Source of the DNA: Salisapilia sapeloensis CBS 127946
Lineage: Eukaryota; Protista; Oomycota
DNA length: 50,327 bases
Assembly (NCBI GenBank): GCA_023334545.1
Contig: JAADVB010000136.1
Coordinates: forward strand, 1 to 50,327
Direction of reading: 5' to 3'
Below are positions 41,432 to 50,327 of the stretch, piece after piece (position 1 is the first letter of the stretch; each line of letters begins with the position of its first letter). Made by a program: the position numbers and the translations under genes. The notes beneath the pieces were generated by a model. That model had not been told where the DNA came from, ran no database searches, and saw only the letters and a list, made by a program, of their open reading frames with translations.

Positions 41432-42354
41432 ATGGGCCGAGGCAAGTCCAAGCACAAGAAGCAGGGCTCAAATGGAGCGAAACATGCTTCCAAAGCTCAA
41501 AGTAAGAAAGAAAAAGTCCCTTCTACTCACAGCCGACCTGCTCAAACGAAAAGCAAGTCGAAAATGTCTGCAAATGACCGTTTATCGGCTATTCAGGCCG
41601 AAATGAGGCGTAAGCTCGATGGAAGCAAATTCCGAATGTTAAACGAGCAGCTTTATACGACGACGGGCGATGAAGCATTTGATACTTTCCAATCCGAACC
41701 GGATCTCTTCGACATGGTACGCTCGTCTACCTTCCTGTATATTCTGTCGATTCTCATTACTAGTGCGTAGTATCATCAAGGATTCCGTGAACAGGCCGAG
41801 AAGTGGCCATCCAACCCTCTCGACGACTTTATTAAATATGTCAAGTACGTTTCTATACGATGTGCACCACGGCAAGTATCTAATCCTCCAATAGAAAATA
41901 TCCCAAGGCCGTGGTCGCAGACTTCGGCTGTGGTGACGCTCGATTAGCCGAAAGTGTGTCTAACACAGTGCACTCATTCGATCTCGTCTCTCGCAAACCC
42001 ATCGTCACAGCATGCAACATTGCCAACGTCCCACTTCCAGACCAATCAGTCGACATCGCCGTCTATTGCCTCGCACTCATGGGCACAAGCATTCGTGAGT
42101 ATGTTCTCGAAGTTCACCGAGTGCTTAAGCCGAATGGCGTTTTAAAAGTCGCTGAAGTGAAGAGCCGATTTGAGACTGAAGAGGTGGGTGGTATCCAAGG
42201 CTTCATCGACTACATGAAAGAGCTCGGATTTCATGCAAGACGCAAGGACGAGAAAAATAAGATGTTCGTCCTCTTTGAGTTCACCAAAATGAAGCGAAAG
42301 CCTCGAACAGATTTATCCTTAGCGTTAAAAGCATGTGAATACAAGCGTCGGTAG
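41432..42354 (+). CDS. RRP8: Ribosomal RNA-processing protein 8 (25S rRNA m1A methyltransferase), multi-exon
   Basis: KLDGSKFRMLNEQLYTT, YHQGFREQAEKWPSNPLDDF, SAM motif VADFGCGDARLA, FCLSLMG-like YCLALMG and the LKACEYKRR end. Confidence 0.93.
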
Positions 42355-42410
42355 TTGGAAGGCATCTCTTAAATGTATTTATTTGTAATTAAATGTCCAT
42401 TGGTGACTGC

Positions 42411-44010
42411 TTAAGTACGCAGTTGGTACTCTCCGGCGCGCGTGAGGTAGCGAACCCACTTGGATGAACTGTAACCATCCTTTTCGACCACGCGAAGGAA
42501 CCGGACGTGGATGCCAGAGGCTGTAAACATGGGCACTTGGAATTCAATCTGGATAGGAGGACGTGACCATAGCTTGTCCTTGGTATTCTTCATCATCGTC
42601 ACATCCGCATCCAACATTTTCTCTAGTTTTCCCTGGAATCGCTTGATCTTCCATACAATCGCATGGCCGCCAGTATCATGCTTGGCTCTAGATAGAATTG
42701 CATTTAGTGTACGGATGTAGAAAGATCATATACGTAGAGCTTACTTTCCCGTCGGAACGTTAATCTTCGTGCGAACGGCATTAGGCGGTATCTATAACAC
42801 TTTTGTTATTATATGCTTGCTACTTTTTTATGTAAGTAAACTGCAAACTGGTATTTTGATCTTCACATTGGTCGCGTACAAGCGAGAGCTAAAGTTAGAT
42901 GTCAACTTGAGCGTCACAGAGAGGCGAGTTGTGCCTTGCTCCTGGTACGCTGGTATGATACGGAATGGAAGATTGATATGGTCCGACACGCGGTACTTCA
43001 TCAACTCGAACTCGCCGTCTGGAGGAACGAAGGTAATGGTACGGTCGGCGTCGAACTGCCCTAGTTGAACGCATCGATGGAAGCTACAGTCTTCAATCTA
43101 CATGCACGTATAGATATGAATGCCATTCGAAACAAGAAGAGCTACAGTCATACATCAACTTCACGAGCAGAAGCCGCTTGACCGACGACAGAAAATTTCT
43201 TTTTCTTTGTGCTCTTCTGCAGCATAAGCCTGTCGTTCAAGCCAAGTTTGCACTCTGGCATACCTGTAAGCATCGTTTTCATCATCACTTGGCCTTCGAC
43301 ATCATTACTGAGTATGGAGCCAATGGACGAGACGAGGACGTTGACACGTTCAAAGATGTCCAAGTAGACTTCGTTGCGTTTGTATCGGATACCTTCCCGT
43401 CGCCAGTCGACAGTACCCGTCAGTTGCTTTGTCAATTTTGGCTGATTCGGATGAGAAGAAACACGCCCTAGCGTTTGAGTCCCCAAGTTGATATAGGTCT
43501 TTAGATCTTCAATGACACAGTTCTGAGGATAGCCATGGTCCATCGTTTCATCCAGCAGTTCATACACGAGTGTAAAATTCCCACGAATGGTGTCCTAGCG
43601 TTTAACATTTATAAGACACCTTTGAAGGTTGTACAAGGGATACCTACTTCACTGTATTTCTTCCCAAAGTACGCTTTGAAAATGTCATTCAGTTGCGACA
43701 GGTATCGAAAGACGAGTGCTACGTAGCAAAATATATGAGCTCCGATTTGGATTGATGAATTTGTACATGTACCTGCGTTGGTGTTGGAACGCGTAACGGT
43801 GACAAAATATACATTTTGGTGTCTAGCATGTAAGTACGAGTAGCCGTCGATGTGCTTCACAGGTGGTAACGTCTCTTGATTGTCCGACGCAATGACGTGT
43901 TGGCGGAATGTGTCTGCTGCTCTTCGACTGACATCATCACGATAGAATCTGTTCACAATGACTTCTCCTTTGAGTCCGATGAGGAACAAGGCGCTTATCA
44001 TGGTTGCCAC
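42411..44010 (-). CDS. AP2M1: AP-2 adaptor complex mu subunit, multi-exon
   Basis: MISALFLIGLKGEVIVNRFYRDDVSRRAAD, YELLDETMDHGYPQ, VDWRREGIRYKRNEVYLD, MPECKLGLND, and FQVPMFTASG...KWVRYLTRAGEY. Confidence 0.92.
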
Positions 44011-44279
44011 CTATTCACAACTCTCGACGCTACTGTCGTTTCAAGATCCATCCAACTTCAAGCAAGTGCTATATGTGATGCTTTCATTGGGACAACCCAA
44101 TAGATTTTTCTCGTGTTGTTTCAAATATGATGACAATTTTCTAGTCTCTACATTTCTCATATAAAATGTTCTCATTATATCGATATGATGTCATCGTCTC
44201 AGAACACCGGCAAGGTGCTCCAAGGACTGAACTCGCCAAGACCAGCTCCATTCACGCTTCGACTTAATACAGCCCAGAC

Positions 44280-45680
44280 ATGACTTCCAACGGAGACAGC
44301 AAGAAGGAGTACCTTAAGGTCACCAATGCACCACCCATTTACAACAGCCCAGATGAGCTGTCTGCCTACTTTGGCCAGTACGGCGGCTGCTTCGTCGCCG
44401 AGACGCTCATCCAGGCGCACCACCAATTGATCGACGAGTACGTTCGTGCTACACAAGATCCAACCTTCCGCGTATGTAGTTTGAGCCACACAAAATGCCA
44501 CTAAAAAGGAATGATTGACAAGAATGAATGATGCAGGAAGAGCTCGAGAAGCTCGGACGCGACTACATCGGCCGTCCGACGCCGCTCTACTTTGCCGACC
44601 ACCTCACCAAGGAGGTAGGCGGTGCCCAAATTTGGCTCAAACGCGAAGATCTGGCACACACCGGTGCGCACAAGATCAACAATGCACTCGGTCAAGCTCT
44701 TCTCGCAAAGCGATTGGGTAAGCACAAGATCATCGCCGAGACCGGTGCCGGACAGCACGGTGTTGCCACTGCCACAGCCTGTGCGTTGCTCAACCTGGAC
44801 TGCACAGTCTACATGGGCTATGAAGATACGCAGCGCCAGTCGCTGAATGTCTTTAGAATGAAGATGCTCGGCGCTAAGGTCGTTGCGGTCAAGTCTGGAT
44901 CGCAGACGCTCAAGGACGCGGTCAACGAAGCCATCCGTGCGTGGGTGACGAATGTCGATACGACGCACTACATTATCGGATCGGCCATTGGACCACACCC
45001 GTTCCCGACGATTGTGCGTGACTTCCAGTCTGTCATCGGCCGTGAAACCAAGGCACAGGTACGTTTACATTTTCCTTTCGAATTGTCTCGATAAAAGAAT
45101 TTGTGCTAAGAAAAGAAAATAGCTGCAAGAAGAAATTGGAGAATTGCCAGACGCCGTCGTCGCGTGCGTCGGTGGTGGCAGCAATGCCATCGGTATGTTC
45201 CACGCATTTAAGGAGGATGCGAGTGTCGCCATCTACGGTGTTGAAGCTGGTGGCGAAGGCATTGCCTCGGGCAAGCACTCGTCGACACTTGGTGGAGGCA
45301 GCTTGGGAGTGCTCCACGGCACGAAGACATTCGTGATGCAAGACCCCAACGGACAAGTGGTGTCCACGCACAGTATCTCTGCTGGTCTAGACTATGCTGG
45401 TGTTGGTCCGGAACATGCATTCCTGCAAGATTCCGGTCGAGCCAAGTACGTGAGTGTGGACGACAAGCAGGCTTTGGATGCGTTCCAACTGCTTTCGAAG
45501 AAGGAAGGTATCATCCCTGCGTTAGAGACTGCCCACGCCATTTCGTATGGTATCGACTTGGCCAAGGAAATGGACAAGGACAAAAAGATCGTCATCTGTG
45601 TCAGTGGTCGTGGTGACAAGGATATGCTGCAGGTAGCCAAGGAGATGGGTGTCAACCTGAACGACGATTTAACAGACTAA
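44280..45680 (+). CDS. trpB: Tryptophan synthase beta subunit (type I), stand-alone, 3 exons
   Basis: Introns 44472-44536 and 45059-45122. Motifs [28 protein letters not shown] (PLP Lys), [33 protein letters not shown] and SGRGDKD. Confidence 0.95.
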
Positions 45681-45788
45681 AAAGTCCCTCGAGGCAATTT
45701 CCTCATACTCTATTTTGTTTTTCTTGGGTTTCTGCTATGAAAGGAAGCAAACGTCTTGCTCTGTTTACACAAGTTACGGCAAGTCGGT

Positions 45789-46034
45789 CTACTTACTCTT
45801 TTTCAAATCTTTCTGGAGCTCTTCTCGGAACGCCGTCGCGAATTCGCGAACCTTGGGCACGTTGCGTTCGAAGGCAGAGCGACCGGCCGACGCGCCGTCC
45901 GACGCAAAGTTCTTGGCCTCGGTTACGCCACGGTGTGTCTTAACGGCGAACTGCTGGAACGACTTGCTGTTCGCAAGCGTCTTGACAGCGACATCGTTCA
46001 AGACGTAGTTGAGCAAACGCTGCACGAAGGACAT
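45789..46034 (-). CDS. Small basic helical protein, NCBP2AS2-like (tentative)
   Basis: 81 aa MSFVQRLLNYVLNDVAVKTLANSKSFQQFAVKT...EFATAFREELQKDL. The pattern resembles the RLL...LVERLSES..IRRAA...FRDAFTQEL layout of NCBP2AS2-type microproteins (recall only). Confidence 0.6.
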   Translation of the reverse strand: MSFVQRLLNYVLNDVAVKTLANSKSFQQFAVKTHRGVTEAKNFASDGASAGRSAFERNVPKVREFATAFREELQKDLKKSK

Positions 46035-46334
46035 AGCTCTAGCTCCAGCAAATTCGATTTTGATGAGGTGAAATGCGAAAGCATGCTCTATAGTTTGATA
46101 AAGACGATACATAGCCCAGTCTTATCCAGAATCTACATACAAAAAGTAGTCAGCATGAGATATTCGTACATCATATTCTAAACACTACGCTTGCGTACCA
46201 GTAGCGTCAAAGATAAAGTATGCATTACTTGATCTGAATATGGTACACTTGAATTGAGTATTTCTTTCCGACGGGAAGGCCCAAGGACCACAAACGAGTT
46301 TTTCGGCCGCACATTCGCCTTCCACTCCGTCGCC

Positions 46335-47082
46335 ATGTCCATGCTGCTCAAGAAGCTTGGAGCCTCGGCCACGCGCTCTGTCGCGACCCAAGGTACCTTC
46401 CCACTCCATCTCCTCCAGCTGGACACGTACCAGCTCTTTCATCACCTTACACTAGACGTCTAATTCCTACACCTCTCCTGTATAAATAGGTCGAACTGCT
46501 GCCTTTAGCACCAAGGTGGTCGATGATCTTTCCTCCACAGACCACTACTTCGAGAAGGACCGCATCTCCTCTGCGGATCCTTCCAAGCGTGCCTTCACCT
46601 ACTTCATGCTCGGAGGTGCTCGCGTCGCGTACGCCACAGCTGCTCGTCTTGCGGTGGTCAAGTTCGTTGGCTCCATGAGTGCTTCCGCAGATGTGTTGGC
46701 TCTTGCGACGGCCGAATTTGACCTGAGCGAAATCGACCCGGGTGCAACAGTGACCGTTAAGTGGCGTGGAAAGCCAATTTTCATCAAACACCGCACGGAC
46801 GAAGAGGTCGGAATTGCGAACGATGTCAATGTAAACAACCTGCGTGACCCGGAAAACGACTCGGAGCGCGTGCAGAACCCCGAGTGGCTTGTGGTGCTCG
46901 GTGTTTGCACTCACTTGGGCTGCGTGCCAACGTCGAACGCCGGCGAGTACGGTGGATGGTTCTGCCCGTGCCACGGTTCGCACTACGATCTTTCTGGACG
47001 TATTCGTAAAGGCCCAGCTCCGTTGAACCTCGAGGTCCCTCCATACCAGTTCATCGAGGACAATAAGATCCTGCTTGGTTAA
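46335..47082 (+). CDS. RIP1: Cytochrome bc1 Rieske iron-sulfur protein, mitochondrial
   Basis: Presequence exon 46335-46392, intron 46393-46489, then the TM anchor and Rieske boxes CTHLGCVP and CPCHGSHY, ending [10 protein letters not shown]. Confidence 0.96.
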
Positions 47083-49137
47083 AAGATGAAAACATGAAAG
47101 GATTACACGAAGAGCTGTCTTGGATAAATGGGTTTTGCTTTTGTCTACTTGGTCGATGTTGGTGTGGAAGTGGGAATGACTATGGACAGGATGGATGGGT
47201 AGGCAGACAGGGTTACATGTGTATCGGTAGGCAGATGAGATAGATGGATCTGTATATTGTCTAGGAAAGGAACTGCTTTGGACGATCCATACCGGTGGTA
47301 CAGCAAAGCCGACTAGAGATGACTGCAATTACAGTTCATCTAAAGAAACTGCAGCGTCGGGGCTATTTGATGTACTTGCGTTATTAATTCGTCAAGTGAA
47401 ATAGAGTGCCGAGGTACGCAAGTAGACTTCCTGGGATCACGAAGTGTTCCAAGGCGAGTGATAGTCGAAGAGGGAGTATATTTACTAGCCATAGTGCATT
47501 TCTCGTGTAAAGTTTCTACTTGCTGCATGGAATAAACTGCGTGACCAGTGTTGTTTTCTGTGAGGTGGCAAGTTTCACTCGAGGCGATCTCGATCACTAC
47601 AGAAGATCATTCGATCGAATGCGAAGATTTTGAGAACTAGAATTAAGTATTCAACGAGTCTTGGGTCTTGAGATCCCAAAATAACGGGTCTGCTTCTTGA
47701 TGACCACTTGCCTCCAATGCTGACACCGAAAATTATGATCTCGATAGCCATGATCATAAAGAACAGAACATTATCCATACACGAAGCAAGCATTTCATTG
47801 TGGGTGAATAGGACCAGCATCCCGCGTCAGTTGTTCTAGAGATGGATCATGTGTAGGGATAAAGATCTTTTTCCTATGTGTATGGAGCTGGGTGATGTAG
47901 ACGTAATTGACGCAATGGAATGTTGCTACAACCACACTATTTTCCATTACTCCTAATGTAACCACATTCTAGCGAGATATTACCATCATGCTCTTTGTGG
48001 CATGAGATAATGGCGATCTCCAACGTAGGCAAAGTGCTGTCCTAGTTCAGCATCTTTCCTCCAATGTTTCTGTAGATAAGATCCAGCATGGTTGTTATTT
48101 CTGGTGTCGCATTGCATGGACGATGGTCGTTGTATCCGCCTCGAATTCAACTTCGGTCATTTTGTAGCTTCTTACCTCTCAGTATAACAAATCTAAAGCT
48201 TCAACAGCAAGTCGGTTCCGTTGCAAAACATATCAGTAGTTGCCACCAAGGCACCAAGGCACAAGCTACCATGAGCATGTCTTTCACTTTGATTTGATAC
48301 TGTCAATGACGCATCCAGTGTAGGTAGCAGCAAAGGTGGAAACCTTTCGACACTTTGTGAAAGAGCGTGTGAGTTGCACCATGATCGTACTGAATTTTAC
48401 TCGTGCGTACTACTCCCGTTACGCCAATATTCGTCAATCTCTCTTGTCTGCTAACGTAAAACACCAGTCTCTTGTTTTCATGGGCTTTATCATAACGTCG
48501 TTGTACTACAATACCTTAAGGCTCATTATGGCGAAAAGGATCGTGAACGGGAAAACGAATATGGTGACACTACGACTGATTGCCTGGGAAAAGCCTACGT
48601 ATGGAGGCTGACGTGGAATATATCAAGTGCATTGATTTCTTAATGGAGGTACGTACTTCCACATACTTCCAACATTGCTGTAACAAGGACTTTTCATCTA
48701 CGCTTCATCGCATCCGTTTTGAAACGAACGCTATTGAAGCGTTCTGTAAGTCCACGTTGAGCATTGGTCACGAAAGGAGTTTCGTTCAATGCTAACGGCA
48801 AAGAACTCAAACTAGTGTTCTAGCACTAGATTGATGGAAATGAAGTAGATTCTGGCAGCTCCTTGTCTGGATATTACTCTTAGCATGTTCATTGAGGTCT
48901 CTACTCTTGATACAGACACGTTGTTCAAATGTAGGACAGCGTTTGACACAATGAAGTTGCTACAACGCTTGCTCTAGTCGTGTTTGACAGTCATTCACGT
49001 AGGCACGACTTTCGGACGTGGCCGACGTCGTTCCTGGAATTCCACTCCACTGTCCTATTGAAGGGTCACGAGCTGCCTCATTCTCGCGTTCACCAACCAC
49101 CATCACCATCTATAACCCACCAACGAGGGCAACATCT

Positions 49138-49386
49138 ATGGAGACTGTGACAAGGTCCCCAACCATGCCAACGATGAGAGAACGTTGTCGCGGCAAGGAC
49201 ATTGGCAGCAGACTCAAGGCTCGTGCTCATGAGCTTAAGGCCAGTGAAAGTATGATAGATAGAGCTGATGACTCTCTGACGCCCATGGACAAGCTTCGAG
49301 CGAGCGCGAATAGCTTTCGAGCGAAGATGAAAGGCCGATCCAGCCACCGACGCGCCGCCTCGACTGGAGCAGTGTTCAGTCACTAG
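49138..49386 (+). CDS. Small basic hypothetical protein
   Basis: 82-codon ATG ORF (METVTRSP...HRRAASTGAVFSH) with an INR-like CTCATTCTC about 60 bp upstream. No homology recognised. Confidence 0.45.
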   Translation: METVTRSPTMPTMRERCRGKDIGSRLKARAHELKASESMIDRADDSLTPMDKLRASANSFRAKMKGRSSHRRAASTGAVFSH

Positions 49387-50147
49387 CATCGGTTTCGAAA
49401 CGAGGAAGGTGTCAACCAGAACAGTCGATGGGACATCAGTACTGCGAGCCGAAGGCGAAAGGAAGAAGGAAAGTGATGTAGTGTCGAATGAGTTATAAAC
49501 AAGACAAGTTCTGCGTTGTCTATCTCGTGAGGATCATTTATTTGTGTTATTGGACAGTTGAGCGATGGAGCGAGAAATGTAAAACACGATGCTAGTGAAT
49601 GCCGATGCTGATATTTCAGGAGCTGAAAGGATGTATCGTGCATGCACGTATTGCGTTCCTTCGTCACGGCAACCTCGCGTTTAAAGTCACACTATTTCTC
49701 GTGGCTTATCTCCTACCACGTCTATTCTAATTGTCGCATCCTACATACAAATGCAAATGCGACCAGGCGGTTTTAATGATATAGAATCCTTTTTGTAAAA
49801 TATTAGAGAGATCCACATGCGTACTCGAATAGATGTGGACGATAGAAGTGGTAAATTTGCCTTGAACTATCCCGCGCTACCGTCCGCGACACTTTAATTT
49901 CAAAATTATATCGGCATTCGGTTCGTGCAAATTTTTTCAAGTGGCTACATCATCCAAATGTCTACCTCCATTCCATAGTGGACACCGTCCTCCTGCCTTC
50001 GAAATCAGGCTTTCATGACCACATGCTGGTGATAAAAGAAGAGACACCGCTGTAGATCGATGAAGATGGAGACTTGTCCCTGCGTGATAATAATTTTGCA
50101 AGATAAATGAGGATTCCAGGGGCACGAGTGGGAACGATCCGAATGAT

Positions 50148-50163
50148 CCATTCTGCAATTTGC
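50148..50163 (+). promoter_or_regulatory. Oomycete INR+FPR core promoter
   Basis: CCATTCTGCAATTTGC matches YCATTYY-N-CAWTTT-NC exactly and ends 30 bp upstream of ATG 50194. Confidence 0.75.
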
Positions 50164-50193
50164 CGAGCAACAGCAACAACAACTACTTTAACC

Positions 50194-50327
50194 ATGCCGA
50201 AACCAACTATGGGAGAAAAGATGCACGCCAAGGTCCACGAAGTGAAGAACGCTGCGACTTCCAAGCATGACCACTCTACCACTGCACATGGTCATCACGG
50301 AGCACCCGCCGGAGCTCACCCCGTTGC
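50194..50327 (+). CDS. 5' end of a His/Gly/Ala-rich hydrophilic protein (truncated by window)
   Basis: MPKPTMGEKMHAKVHEVKNAATSKHDHSTTAHGHHGAPAGAHPV is open to the window edge and follows a perfect INR+FPR and an A/C-rich leader. Confidence 0.65.
   Translation, partial: MPKPTMGEKMHAKVHEVKNAATSKHDHSTTAHGHHGAPAGAHPV

Noticed and set aside
47100-48950. AT-richer stretch with short hydrophobic ORF fragments (e.g. 47575-47820, 48336-48611)
   Set aside because: Fragments are short, on both strands and lack motifs. Possibly a decayed pseudogene, but not supportable.
1-50327. Prokaryotic systems (CRISPR arrays, operons, defence islands), tRNA and rRNA genes
   Set aside because: No regularly spaced repeat-spacer arrays or RNA-gene signatures were seen. 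Spliceosomal introns throughout show the DNA is eukaryotic, and the bacterial-sounding enzymes (PAD, GAD, TrpB, ceramidase) sit among or contain introns.

Overview
This is eukaryotic nuclear DNA, most likely from an oomycete (stramenopile). The evidence is short GT-AG introns (mostly 49-65 nt) with CTRAC/CTGAT-type branch sites, a perfect oomycete INR+FPR core promoter at 50148-50163, and oomycete-typical families (START-like/FYVE proteins, WRKY19-like Cys/His-GGG repeat proteins, an LRR-TKL receptor kinase). The species cannot be determined from the sequence. About 29 densely packed protein-coding genes are supported, many reconstructed here by manual splicing. Housekeeping genes include CUL3, SMC1, RRP8, AP-2 mu, Rieske ISP, PSMG4, TrpB, an SLC35F6-like transporter, neutral ceramidase and glutamate decarboxylase. 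No rRNA, tRNA, CRISPR array or intact transposon was seen. Most notable observations: (1) an intronless fungal-type phenolic acid decarboxylase, a candidate fungus-to-oomycete horizontal transfer; (2) an LRR receptor kinase whose LRRs lie on symmetric phase-2 cassette exons; (3) two catalytically dead transposase-derived genes (MULE/FAR1-type, carrying a cryptic 129/162-bp higher-order repeat, and pogo/CENP-B-type); (4) two local inverted paralogue pairs, one keeping four shared intron positions; (5) a probable UGT pseudoenzyme; (6) a frame-critical 10-nt microexon; (7) four head-to-head gene pairs with 145-150 bp ATG-to-ATG spacers. Family assignments come from motif recognition only; no database searches were run.
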